NCBI RefSeq assembly: GCF_002075285.3 | Contig: NZ_CP021983.2 | Location: forward strand, 4,560,001 to 4,592,000 | DNA: 32,000 bases | Reading direction: 5' to 3' | DNA from: Halomicronema hongdechloris C2206 | GTDB lineage: Bacteria > Cyanobacteriota > Cyanobacteriia > Phormidesmidales > Phormidesmidaceae | Part shown: piece after piece, positions 14,682-25,228 of the stretch | How positions within the stretch are numbered: position 1 is the stretch's first letter | How the letters are laid out: every line of letters starts with the position of its first letter | Made by a program: the position numbers and the translations under genes | The notes under the pieces: model-generated | Seen by the model: the letters and a program-made list of their open reading frames with translations, nothing else | What the model was told of the DNA's origin: nothing | Database searches by the model: none

Positions 14682-16052
14682 CTACACCAGGGCCGAGGCC
14701 ACTGGAGTGCGCCTGCCTGCAAACACCATATCGACCCCGCCCTTCATGCCCAGGGTGACACCACGGCGCTCAGGCACCACCGGCTGATCACTGCTTAGGG
14801 ACAGGTCAAATTCAGCCAGCAGGGTGCCCAAGACAATCTTCAATTCATACATGGCCAAGGCGGCACCGACACAGCGCCGGGCACCGGCCCCAAAAGGCAT
14901 GAACTCAAAGGCGGAGTACTGTCGCTCTAGGAAGCGCTGCGGTCGAAACTGCTGGGGCTGGGGATAGAGATCCTCTCGATGGTGCAGTAGATAGATACAC
15001 CCCATCAGGGTGGTGCCGGGCTCCAGGGAGTGGCCTAGGAGGTCCGCCGGTTGTTCTAGTCGTCGGGCAAAGGTCAGCAGAGCCACAGGATAGATGCGCA
15101 GGGTTTCCTTACAGACGGCCTCCAGATAGGGTAGTTTCGTCAGTTGCAACGGATGATCAGTGGCGTTGGCCTCAGCAATCTCCTCTCGAATACGAGCCTT
15201 AATGGCTGGATCGCGATGGCTCCAGTACAAGGCCCAGGCCAGGGCGGTTGCCGTCGTTTCATGGCCGGCCACCAGCAGGGTCATCAACTCATCCCGCAAT
15301 TCCTCATCGCTGAGACCGTTGCCATCCTCATTCCGGGCCTGCAGTAATAGGGAAAGGATGTCGTTGCGGTCTGCCGCCAACGCCTGGCGGCGCTCGCGAA
15401 TCTCGGCATAGAGGAGATCATCGATCTCGCCGGCCAGGGCCAGGGCCCGTCCTCCTGGGCTCCAGGGCCCGAGATCGGTCCGCAAAATTGGGAAGAACAG
15501 CAGGGTAGAGGCCAAGGGCTTGCTGGCCATATCTAGGCGCTGGGCCAAGAGTGTTTGTAAACGCTGGTAGCGGTCCCCCTGGTGCAGGCCAAATACAGCC
15601 TGTAAGATCACCCGCATGGTGATTTTCTGCATCAGTTTGCGAGCCTGGAAGGGAGTTTGGGGAGAGAAGCCGATCATGGCCTCTCGGGTGATATCACGAA
15701 TTAAGTCGGCGTAGACCTTCAGGCGCTCCCCATGGAAGGGCGGCATCACCAGCTGGCGTCGTTGGCGATGGGCTTGGCCACTAAGCAGCATCAGAGAATT
15801 CCCCCCCAGCAGCGGCCTGAGAATCTCGTTAGTCTCTCCTGGAGCCGTGAAGATACCGTTGGTATCGTTGGTCAGCAGGAAGCGAATCGCCTCGGGATGG
15901 CTGACAAAGACGGTGTTGTAGAGCCCCCGAGCCCGAAACAGATCACCATAACGGTGACCATTGGTCTCCATGTAGGCCAAGGGTCTGAAGATCCAATTGA
16001 GCATTTGCAGCAGTTTAGGGGTGGCAGATGCGGGGAGAGTACTCATGGTCAC
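14682..16052 (-). CDS. Cytochrome P450
   Basis: 456 aa. It has the I-helix LLVAGHETTA, the ExxR motif (ETLR) and the haem-binding loop FGAGARRCVGAALA. Confidence 0.9.
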   Translation of the reverse strand: MTMSTLPASATPKLLQMLNWIFRPLAYMETNGHRYGDLFRARGLYNTVFVSHPEAIRFLLTNDTNGIFTAPGETNEILRPLLGGNSLMLLSGQAHRQRRQLVMPPFHGERLKVYADLIRDITREAMIGFSPQTPFQARKLMQKITMRVILQAVFGLHQGDRYQRLQTLLAQRLDMASKPLASTLLFFPILRTDLGPWSPGGRALALAGEIDDLLYAEIRERRQALAADRNDILSLLLQARNEDGNGLSDEELRDELMTLLVAGHETTATALAWALYWSHRDPAIKARIREEIAEANATDHPLQLTKLPYLEAVCKETLRIYPVALLTFARRLEQPADLLGHSLEPGTTLMGCIYLLHHREDLYPQPQQFRPQRFLERQYSAFEFMPFGAGARRCVGAALAMYELKIVLGTLLAEFDLSLSSDQPVVPERRGVTLGMKGGVDMVFAGRRTPVASALV

Positions 16053-16178
16053 GGCCTGAACGAGCTATCCCTTTCATTGTGGCTCAACTGCTGCGGGGGA
16101 TGAGTCAGCCAGCACTGCCCCGGCAATCAGCGCTGCAAGTCATGGGTCCTCTAGGGCAGAGTCTAGAGTTAGAAGGCG

Positions 16179-16994
16179 TTATGACCGGGATGGTTGGGCC
16201 AGTAGGTGGTCGATCATGGCCGGGGTCAGGGCTGGCACCGATGACAGCACGGCGGCGGCGCCAGCCCTCTCTAGGGCCTGGCCATAGCTGTCCTGATAGG
16301 TAGGGGGCTGGGCCTGAACATGGGGAGGCAGTGTGCCTATTCCCCACCAAGAACGCTCGGGGGCTGCTTGACGAGCTCGCACCACTGTATGCATGTCAGC
16401 GACGGTATCACCGACATAGAGGACTGCCGTGGTGGCATCTGGGGTCAGCTGCTTGACAACGGCTATCAGACCGGTGGGGTCAGGTTTGTCAGGCGCGTCC
16501 CCCATGGCCACTAGAATTGGCTGCTCGAGCCCCAGCCGTCTCTCGAGGACGTAAGCGGCAGAGCCTCGAGTCGCGCCACTAAAAAATCCCCAGCCAATAC
16601 CAGCCGCTGTCAGCTGCTCAAAGTACTCTCGATCGACTAGCATCGCCTCTTGGGTGATGTAGCCACTCCAGCGGTCAACAGGGTTCATATCAGGCCCAAA
16701 ATAGCGACTCTGGAAGAAATGCACCAGGGCGGCGAAGTCCAAATCGATGGTCTCCCGAGACTGTCCTTGGGTTTCGAAGTGGCGATAGATCAGCTCGCGG
16801 GAGGCCTGCCAATCATTGTTCCAGATACCTTCTTGCTTGAGTCGGTCAATAGCCTCTGGTGGAGGTCGATAGCCCTGGGTGTAGTGTTCGACGGTATCGG
16901 CAATGGCTCGTCGGTAGGATTGGCTCACATCTCGGAGCACACCGTCAATGTCGAACACAACGATGGCGTTTGGCTGAGCAGCGACTAGGTTCAT
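16179..16994 (-). CDS. HAD-superfamily hydrolase (TIGR01548-like cyanobacterial subgroup)
   Basis: 271 aa. VVFDIDGVLRDVS is HAD motif I, and YVGDTVADM is motif IV-like. Confidence 0.75.
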   Translation of the reverse strand: MNLVAAQPNAIVVFDIDGVLRDVSQSYRRAIADTVEHYTQGYRPPPEAIDRLKQEGIWNNDWQASRELIYRHFETQGQSRETIDLDFAALVHFFQSRYFGPDMNPVDRWSGYITQEAMLVDREYFEQLTAAGIGWGFFSGATRGSAAYVLERRLGLEQPILVAMGDAPDKPDPTGLIAVVKQLTPDATTAVLYVGDTVADMHTVVRARQAAPERSWWGIGTLPPHVQAQPPTYQDSYGQALERAGAAAVLSSVPALTPAMIDHLLAQPSRS

Positions 16995-17123
16995 GGGCCC
17001 AGGAGCAGGATACTGACTGTACTCAATGGCTAGGGATATCTGAACAGGTCTCCACGCTGACGTTTTGTGGTCGGATAAAGTATGATATCCTGAAAGACTG
17101 TAGTTTTGTAAGATGGGGGCGCT

Positions 17124-17438
17124 GTGGAGGTCTCATTATCGTCGCGATTCATTCTCAAAGTGCTTTGGCTAGAAAAAGATGTCGCCATAGCCGTTGACCA
17201 AGTAGTGGGCAAGGGGACGAGTCCGCTGACCTCTTATTTTTTCTGGCCTCGCAATGATGCTTGGGAACAAATCAAAACGGAATTAGAGAAGAAGCCCTGG
17301 ATCGAGGAAGAAGAGCGGATTGAGCTCTTAAACCGAGCTACTGAAATTATTAACTACTGGCAGGAAGAAGGGAAAGGGAAATCCATGGGTGAAGCCCAGG
17401 CTCGGTTTCCTGACGTCGCTTTTACGGGTAGTTCGTGA
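17124..17438 (+). CDS. ycf65: Ribosomal protein PSRP-3 / Ycf65
   Basis: [20 protein letters not shown]...[52 protein letters not shown] is highly characteristic. The start is uncertain: GTG at 17124, with no in-frame ATG nearby. Confidence 0.8.
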   Translation: MEVSLSSRFILKVLWLEKDVAIAVDQVVGKGTSPLTSYFFWPRNDAWEQIKTELEKKPWIEEEERIELLNRATEIINYWQEEGKGKSMGEAQARFPDVAFTGSS

Positions 17439-17683
17439 CGACTCCTGGTTGAGGGATTCCACATAAGGGCCATCCACCAAAATATCCAAATAACCTGCCA
17501 GCGATCGCCCTGTTGGTCTTGCACGGTCTGCCGAGATTGGTAGACGACCTGTGCGGGGGCTTCTTCGAGTTGCCGAATCGCGGCTAGGGCAGGGGAGGCA
17601 GGGGCCACAGCGCACAGGACGCAGAATCCCAACAGTACCGTTGCGGCCAACCCAGCAACCATTTTGCGAATGGGATGTCTCAT
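17354..17683 (-). pseudogene. DUF3122-like gene, apparently retaining only the signal peptide and first conserved block
   Basis: A signal peptide is followed by AAIRQLEEAPAQVVYQSRQTVQDQQGDRWQVI, which matches my recollection of DUF3122. The rest is non-family sequence, and the ORF runs 85 nt into the 3' end of convergent ycf65. Confidence 0.35.
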
Positions 17684-17715
17684 AGTGCTCCTATGGGATG
17701 TTTCGATGCGCCTTC

Positions 17716-18324
17716 CTAAGATTCTGAAAGGGCCCCTTCTAATGCCTGTTTCACATCGGGAATAAACACGGCATACATACCGCGCAAGTCCCCCACCTGA
17801 AAGTCATAGGCAAGATCTTGTGGGTAGTTATCCTTGACAAACTGAGGGCGATCGCCCTGAGCCCCGTGGCAGGCGAGACAACTGGCTTCAACATTAATGC
17901 GACGGTAATAGCGCGTTCCGTCCTGACCATTCAGGGTTTCTCGCTCCCAAAAGCCCGTCAGCTCAGGATCTTGTTCAAACTTGGCCAGCGCCCTTTTGTC
18001 ATGGAACGTATCGGGGGCGTGGGCTGGGTTGCGATACTTGCTGGCAATTTGTTTGACCCGCCAACCATTGTCTTGGCTCAATTGCTTCGCTCGCATACCC
18101 ACGGGTTTGCAAACCTCTTTCATCGTTTGTAGCGTAGGCGCTTCTGTGGTTCCCTCTAAGCTGGATGCCAGCCCCGATCGCATCGCGTCTAAATACTCAA
18201 TTTCTTCAACGGCCTTTGCCAAATCTGCCGGATTCGTTTGGGCATAGGCAGGTGAGAGAAAGCTTACTGAAATACCCAACACCACCAGCAGAGTCATTAA
18301 GCAGGCACTGAACAGATTCAACAT
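17716..18324 (-). CDS. Tll0287-like (DUF3365) c-type haem protein, secreted or membrane-anchored
   Basis: Track ORF 17716..18336. I prefer the ATG at 18324 (MLNLFSA..), which has GGAGG 5 nt upstream. It has a signal peptide, a CLACHG (CxxCH) haem-attachment site, and the C-terminal GDLRGMYAVFIP. Confidence 0.75.
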   Translation of the reverse strand: MLNLFSACLMTLLVVLGISVSFLSPAYAQTNPADLAKAVEEIEYLDAMRSGLASSLEGTTEAPTLQTMKEVCKPVGMRAKQLSQDNGWRVKQIASKYRNPAHAPDTFHDKRALAKFEQDPELTGFWERETLNGQDGTRYYRRINVEASCLACHGAQGDRPQFVKDNYPQDLAYDFQVGDLRGMYAVFIPDVKQALEGALSES

Positions 18325-18573
18325 GAAATCCTCCAAGGGAATGCTCCATCAAGCTGCACTTACGGTTCATTCTGAGCTTGAAAGTTGACAGGCCAGTAGA
18401 TGGCACGTCTTTGTGATTTTGTCGGTCTGGGACTCAGTTGCACGCAGGTAGCGCACTTATAGCTCTGGCCACTTTGCTTAGGACACCTGGTGACGTTATC
18501 CCTGTCGTTAGACAAGCAAAGTGGCTCGCAGTCGCGTCCTAACCGGACTAGCAACTGCTATGCCTCAGTCAGT

Positions 18574-19878
18574 TCACACCCGAGCCAGCGCTTGAATGTC
18601 CTCCGGTAATACAGATTTGAACAACTTCAATTTAAAGAGCGCGCGTAACCCCAGCTTTTCGAACCAGGGCATGCCCACACCGTAGCGCATCTTCAGCATG
18701 AAATATTTCTCAAAGGCGGCCTTCGCCCAAACCACCCAGGGACCTCGCACGGCATAGGACGATCGCCGCTGCCCGGTCTCTGGATCGGGGATTACTGGGG
18801 CGGCAATGTAGGCAATCCCGGTGTCGCCAAACTCTGCAAAACAGAGGGCATCCAGGGTGGGAATTTGCAGGGGTGCCTGAATCACACCCAGGTCAACGGC
18901 AATATTGTGAGCCGCCGCCGTGGCCATCGCTTCGCTCATTTGGCCACTCTTGGGCAGACCAATCGGAATGTCTGTCTGATCGGGTTGCGGCAACTCGACG
19001 CTGACCCCAACCGCATAAATGTTAGGAAAGTTGGGATGACGCTGGGTAGGCAGCACCGGGATAAAGCCCCTCTCATCCCCTAAACCGGGAACATCCTGAA
19101 CAAACTGCACGCCTCGGAAGGCGGGGAGAATCATGGCGTACTTAAACGGCAGCGTCTGACCGTTAGCCAGAATCATCTTCTCTGCCTCGACGGCTGTAAT
19201 GGTCATATTGTCAATCACCTCAATGCCCCGCTCCTGCATCAACTGAGCGGTGAGTGCCTGGGCGTTTTTCACACCGGAGACACCCAAATGCCCGACATAG
19301 GGTTCTGGTGTCACATAGGTGATCGGCACCTGGTCACGCAATCCGCGACGGCGCAGTTCTCGCTCCGCCATGAAGGCAAACTCGTAGGCCGGACCAAAGC
19401 AGCCTGCACCAGGGACTGCCCCCACCACCAACGGACCTGGATTGTCTAGAAACTGGAGCCATGCCTGTCTCGCTTCTATCGCATGATCGGGGGTGCAAAC
19501 GGACTGAGTGTATCCCCCTTGAGGCCCTAAGCCTGGAATGAGATCAAAGGCCAGGGAGGCGCCAGTCGCAATCATGGCATAGTCGTAATCAATCGTTTTC
19601 TCGTCTGCGACGGTAATACGCCGGTTCGGGATATCGAGGGCGGTCACACCTCCCGAAACCCAGTTCAGTCCATGACGCTGAGCAAGGGTTTCCAGGTCGA
19701 GTTGAATGTGTTCTAAAGGCTTAAGGTCGAGGGCAACTTGGATCAGCCCTGGGATAAAGGTGAAATTGGGCTCATGGGAAATCAGGGTCACCGTGTAGTC
19801 TCGGGGCAAGAGATGGCGCAGTTCATAGGCCGCAGGCAGCCCTCCCAGACCCGCTCCAATCACCGCAATATTAGGCAT
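18574..19878 (-). CDS. sqr: Sulfide:quinone oxidoreductase (FAD-dependent, type I-like)
   Basis: 434 aa. It has the N-terminal dinucleotide fold IAVIGAGLGGLPAAYEL and three cysteines in SQR-typical contexts (SVCTPDHA, GAGCFGPAYEF, LDALCFAEFGD). Confidence 0.85.
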   Translation of the reverse strand: MPNIAVIGAGLGGLPAAYELRHLLPRDYTVTLISHEPNFTFIPGLIQVALDLKPLEHIQLDLETLAQRHGLNWVSGGVTALDIPNRRITVADEKTIDYDYAMIATGASLAFDLIPGLGPQGGYTQSVCTPDHAIEARQAWLQFLDNPGPLVVGAVPGAGCFGPAYEFAFMAERELRRRGLRDQVPITYVTPEPYVGHLGVSGVKNAQALTAQLMQERGIEVIDNMTITAVEAEKMILANGQTLPFKYAMILPAFRGVQFVQDVPGLGDERGFIPVLPTQRHPNFPNIYAVGVSVELPQPDQTDIPIGLPKSGQMSEAMATAAAHNIAVDLGVIQAPLQIPTLDALCFAEFGDTGIAYIAAPVIPDPETGQRRSSYAVRGPWVVWAKAAFEKYFMLKMRYGVGMPWFEKLGLRALFKLKLFKSVLPEDIQALARV

Positions 19879-19978
19879 TTGCTATCCATCCTCCGATTCA
19901 AAGCAGTTAAAACAGCAGCCAACCTTTTACAATTTTGCTTGATTAAACTACTATCTAGTTATATAATCATTTATGTTT

Positions 19979-20001
19979 ATGAGAAACGCAATATTTCTCA
20001 T
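19979..20001. promoter_or_regulatory. Perfect 8-7-8 inverted repeat in the AT-rich divergent sqr promoter region
   Basis: ATGAGAAA-cgcaata-TTTCTCAT lies about 100 nt upstream of the sqr start and about 25 nt upstream of the DUF302 remnant. Confidence 0.35.
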
Positions 20002-20025
20002 GGTTACGACATATAACTTGACGAT

Positions 20026-20248
20026 ATGTCAACCCAACAGCGGCTTATGTACCACTTCAGCAAAACAATCTGTGGTTCTTATGAGGATGCGATCGCCCTG
20101 GTCACCGAAGCTCTCAAAGTAGGTGGACCCGCTGATCATGTTTCTCATGATTCATAGCCCCAGAGCGAAGGAAATTGCCCTGGATGCCAGCCAAAAGATG
20201 CAGACCGTAATGGAGCGACTGCCGAGTGTGGTTCCTGCCGCTGCTTGA
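20026..20248 (+). pseudogene. DUF302 gene remnant with an internal deletion and a frame change
   Basis: ORF 20026..20157 gives MSTQQRLMYHFSKTICGSYEDAIALVTEALKVGG.., a DUF302 N-terminus (..eaLk.eGF). The overlapping ORF 20138..20248 gives ..SPRAKEIALDASQKMQTVMERL.., a DUF302 C-terminal helix. The central beta-sheet region is absent. Confidence 0.45.
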
Positions 20249-20331
20249 AACTCTAATCCCACTATTGCGCTGGGGGCCAAACGCCGCCCCAGATTCAACA
20301 ACACTTGTAATTCACTTAGGAGGTCAACCTC

Positions 20332-20550
20332 ATGACTAACAACGTTGGAATGCTGGATCGCATGATTCGCTTCATGCTAGCGGGTGTACTGCTCTACCTA
20401 GGCACGAGCGTATATTCTGGCTCGGCTTTGGGCATTGGCTTGGATGTGATCGGAGCGATCGCAGCGCTGACTGGCTTATTTGGTTTCTGTGCGCTTTACA
20501 GTCTGCTGAGGATTAATACCCGCAAGGCAGACCAAACGCCACAAGCCTAG
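20332..20550 (+). CDS. DUF2892 (YgaP-like transmembrane domain) protein
   Basis: 72 aa. NVGMLDRMIRFMLAGVLLYLG is followed by a second TM helix. AGGAGG lies upstream. Confidence 0.75.
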   Translation: MTNNVGMLDRMIRFMLAGVLLYLGTSVYSGSALGIGLDVIGAIAALTGLFGFCALYSLLRINTRKADQTPQA

Positions 20551-20613
20551 ATGTCACTATTCTGGGGCGATCAAGTGCGATCGCCCCCAAATTACAGGAG
20601 GTCGATCAGAGTT

Positions 20614-21147
20614 ATGTATTATACCATTCCATTTGAAAGCCCATCGATGTCACGGCGGCAATTGCTGAACTTCCTGACGGGTGCTGCGGTGGCGGCTACC
20701 GTAGGTTCAGCCCTATATCCTGCCGCTAAATTCTTGGTGCCGCCCTCAGAGGTGAGTGAAGGCGGGGGTACTCTGGCGAAAGATCAACACGGCACCCCGA
20801 TTCCCGCCAGTCAACTCTTAGCCGAACCCCCCGGAACTCGGGCGTTGATTGCCGGACTCGCCAGCGAGCCCACCTATCTCACCGTTAAAGACGATGGCAC
20901 GTTAGAGCCTATAGGCATCGTCAATAACTGCACTCACCTGGGCTGCACCTTTCCGTGGAATCCCCTGGATCAGCAGTTTCAATGTCCATGTCACGGCTCG
21001 CGCTACACGCCAGATGGGGTTGTGGTGCGGGGACCGGCTAATCTGCCGCTGAAGCTTGCGCATGTGGCTGTGAAGGATGACGCCATTTGGCTGTATCCCT
21101 GGACGGAGACTGACCCTCGCACAGGCGAACCGCCCTGGTGGGTTTAG
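20614..21147 (+). CDS. petC: Cytochrome b6f-type Rieske iron-sulfur protein paralogue (PetC-like, not in a petCA operon)
   Basis: Track ORF 20551..21147. I prefer the ATG at 20614, preceded by AGGAGG. It has the SRRQLLNFL twin-Arg/TM anchor and Rieske boxes CTHLGC and CPCHGS. It is collinear with PetC through to the ..WTETD.RTGE.PWW end. No petA follows. Confidence 0.8.
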   Translation: MYYTIPFESPSMSRRQLLNFLTGAAVAATVGSALYPAAKFLVPPSEVSEGGGTLAKDQHGTPIPASQLLAEPPGTRALIAGLASEPTYLTVKDDGTLEPIGIVNNCTHLGCTFPWNPLDQQFQCPCHGSRYTPDGVVVRGPANLPLKLAHVAVKDDAIWLYPWTETDPRTGEPPWWV

Positions 21148-21201
21148 CCTTGATGGCTTAATCGTGTCAATAACGACTTGCAAAGAAGAGGTATTTTATC
21201 A

Positions 21202-22401
21202 ATGCGCATCATTTTAATGACCGGAAAAGGTGGGGTCGGTAAAACCTCGGTTGCTGCGGCCACAGCACTACGTGCAGCAGAACTGGGGTATCGCACCCTA
21301 GTCTTGAGTACCGACCCAGCCCATTCGCTGGCAGACAGCTTTGATCGGGAATTGGCGCATGATCCGAAACCGATTCGACCGAATCTGTGGGGAGCGGAGC
21401 TGGATGCATTGAGAGAAATGGAGCAAAACTGGGGAGCAGTACGACGCTACATTACAGACGTGCTCCAGGCCCAGGGAATGGATGGGGTGCAAGCGGAAGA
21501 GCTTTCAGTTCTACCTGGGATGGATGAAATTTTTGCGCTAGTGCGCATGAAGCGCCATTGCCATGCGGGCGATTTTGATGTCTTGATTGTAGACTCAGCC
21601 CCTACAGGCACTGCGCTACGGTTGCTGAGCTTGCCAGAAATTTCTGGCTGGTATGTGCGCCGCTTCTATAAACCCTTCCAGGGTATGGCCAATACGCTAA
21701 GTCCGGTATTTGAACCGATTTTCAAGCGGGTCACCGGCTTCTCGCTGCCCAATCGCGAGGTGATGGATGCCCCTTACGAGTTCTACGAACAAATTGAAGC
21801 ACTGGAACGAGTCCTAACTGATAACGCTCAAACCACCGTTCGATTAGTCACCAACCCTGAAAAAATGGTGATTAAAGAGTCACTCCGAGCTCATGCTTAT
21901 TTGAGTCTGTACAACGTGGCCACTGACCTGGTAATTGCCAATCGCATCATTCCTGAGCAGGTGAGCGATCCCTTTTTCGCCCGCTGGAAAGAGATGCAGC
22001 AGCAGTATCGCCAGGAAATTCAGGAGAACTTTCAGCCTCTGCCCATCAAAGAAGTGCCACTTTACAGTGAAGAACTCTGTGGTTTGAAGGCACTGGAGCA
22101 TCTGAAGGAAAACCTCTATGGCAATGAAGATCCCACCCAGGTTTATTACCGGGAGACTACGATCCAGGTGATTCAGCAGTCTGAGGGCTACCATCTAGAA
22201 GTTTATCTCCCCAATATCCCCAAGGCGCAAATCCATTTGCACAAGACGGGGGATGAACTCAATATTCGGATTGGCAATCATCGTCGCAATCTGGTGCTCC
22301 CTCAGGCGTTAGCGACTTTGCAACCGGCAGGAGCCAAACTAGAAGGCGATCATCTGAGGGTTCGATTTGCAACAGATGCTTCAATGCTGCCGGCTGCATA
22401 G
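21202..22401 (+). CDS. ArsA/Get3(TRC40)-family ATPase with a C-terminal HSP20-like domain
   Basis: Track ORF 21178..22401, and I prefer [16 protein letters not shown] at 21202. It has the deviant Walker A motif and the STDPAHSL switch. The C-terminal [38 protein letters not shown] looks alpha-crystallin-like. Confidence 0.85.
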   Translation: MRIILMTGKGGVGKTSVAAATALRAAELGYRTLVLSTDPAHSLADSFDRELAHDPKPIRPNLWGAELDALREMEQNWGAVRRYITDVLQAQGMDGVQAEELSVLPGMDEIFALVRMKRHCHAGDFDVLIVDSAPTGTALRLLSLPEISGWYVRRFYKPFQGMANTLSPVFEPIFKRVTGFSLPNREVMDAPYEFYEQIEALERVLTDNAQTTVRLVTNPEKMVIKESLRAHAYLSLYNVATDLVIANRIIPEQVSDPFFARWKEMQQQYRQEIQENFQPLPIKEVPLYSEELCGLKALEHLKENLYGNEDPTQVYYRETTIQVIQQSEGYHLEVYLPNIPKAQIHLHKTGDELNIRIGNHRRNLVLPQALATLQPAGAKLEGDHLRVRFATDASMLPAA

Positions 22402-22548
22402 GGATGATGAACGATTACCTATCGGCCACTTGATTGAGTCTGGCAGTTCACAGCAGTTCTCAGTCAATCATGATGCCAATCGGAAATTAATTCCTCCAGT
22501 CCCAGCGTTCTCGCGATCGCCTATTTTCCAACATGAGAAAGGTTTGTC

Positions 22549-22932
22549 ATGGCATCTATCTCTTCAACTCAGTCAAACGTCATTGATCTATCCCCAGCAG
22601 AATGGGTTCAATCCTCCAAACCTTTGCGACTGCTCGATGTCAGGAGTCGTTTTGAATACACCTTATTTCATGCACCCAACGCTATCAACCTGAGCTTGCC
22701 GCGCATTCTGATGGCTCCGGTGCCGTTGCTACGTAACTGGGCACTGCCGAAGTGGTTTTGGGATCTCTCTAAAGATGAACCGATCGCTATTATCTGCCTG
22801 ACGGCTCACCGCAGTCCGATCGCAGCTCAAATCCTGGCTAATGTAGGCTTCACCCAAGTGTTTAATGTCACGGGCGGCATGATGGCTTGGCGAAAAGCGG
22901 GATTACCTGTCTGTAAAGGCCATTCGGCCTAG
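22549..22932 (+). CDS. Single-domain rhodanese (sulfurtransferase)
   Basis: 127 aa. LLDVRSRFEYTLFHAPNAINL is followed by the active-site loop CLTAHRS and the end GGMMAWRKAGLP. Confidence 0.8.
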   Translation: MASISSTQSNVIDLSPAEWVQSSKPLRLLDVRSRFEYTLFHAPNAINLSLPRILMAPVPLLRNWALPKWFWDLSKDEPIAIICLTAHRSPIAAQILANVGFTQVFNVTGGMMAWRKAGLPVCKGHSA

Positions 22933-23145
22933 CGCCTCCGACCTATTAGTGTCATCTTAGTGTCATCCAGCCCACTCCTTGATGGGGCGTAGCCAGCGAT
23001 TGGGATAGAATTGGGGGCAATTACATGGGTCGCCGAGCCGAAGGGGCGTTAGCGGCGCAGCTGAATGCCCAGACAGTTGGAACGAAGGTCGCCTGTGAAA
23101 GAACCCATGGAGGCCATGCTGTCCGCCCTCTCCTTGGAGATTGGG

Positions 23146-23556
23146 CTATTCCAGTAGGCCGCCAGCTGCCTGCAGTCGGGCCCGAGCCCGCTTCAACGTC
23201 TGCTTGGCTTGGATCGCCCCTTGACGATTATTGGGAGGAACCTGGCCAATGGCGGCTTGAGCGTCTTCATAGGCTGAGCGAGCGGCATCTTTATCGATGC
23301 TCTCGCCGCGCTCGGCACCGTTGACAAGAATGGTCACCTCATCATTCTCGACTTCAGCAAACCCTCCCATCAATGCGATCGCAACCCACTCCTTATCGGA
23401 GCGCAGCCGCATCACGCCCACATCTAGGGCCGTTAACAGTGGTGCGTGCCCACTGAGAATACCAAGCTGCCCTGTGGTACTCGGCAGAATCACCTCTGCT
23501 GCCGACGAATCCCAAACCGTTTTGTCGGGCGCAACCACCCGCACTGTCAATGCCAT
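23146..23556 (-). CDS. atpC: F1 ATP synthase epsilon subunit (AtpE in cyanobacterial nomenclature)
   Basis: 136 aa. It begins [44 protein letters not shown]. Confidence 0.9.
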   Translation of the reverse strand: MALTVRVVAPDKTVWDSSAAEVILPSTTGQLGILSGHAPLLTALDVGVMRLRSDKEWVAIALMGGFAEVENDEVTILVNGAERGESIDKDAARSAYEDAQAAIGQVPPNNRQGAIQAKQTLKRARARLQAAGGLLE

Positions 23557-23652
23557 AGCTGCCTTAAACCACTGCTTGAACGTTTAGAATACCGAGCCTT
23601 GCAATATCCCCGGGCAACTGACACTCTCGTCAGCCACCCGCGCTGCTAATCG

Positions 23653-25158
<1,506 letters not shown>

Positions 25159-25228
25159 TTAGGTTCCAAAGCGCCATCCTAAAGCTTATCACTGAAATGT
25201 TCCTTAACGATCCCAATCTGTCATCCAG

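Noticed and set aside
16028-16350. ORFs 16028..16303 (+) and 16105..16350 (-) in and around the HAD-P450 spacer
   Set aside because: They overlap the 3' end of the HAD gene and the 5' end of the P450 gene. They have Pro/Arg/Gly-rich composition and no motif support.
18337-18573. Small ORFs (18206..18406 -, 18360..18554 -) between sqr and the c-haem gene
   Set aside because: They are short, have no Shine-Dalgarno sequence or family signal, and one overlaps the haem-protein start. The stretch is more likely an intercistronic or 3'-UTR region.
22946-22967. A perfect tandem duplication TTAGTGTCATC x2 between the rhodanese gene and atpC
   Set aside because: Only two copies of an 11-mer sit between convergent gene ends. 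This is most simply a replication-slippage duplication, with no evidence for function.
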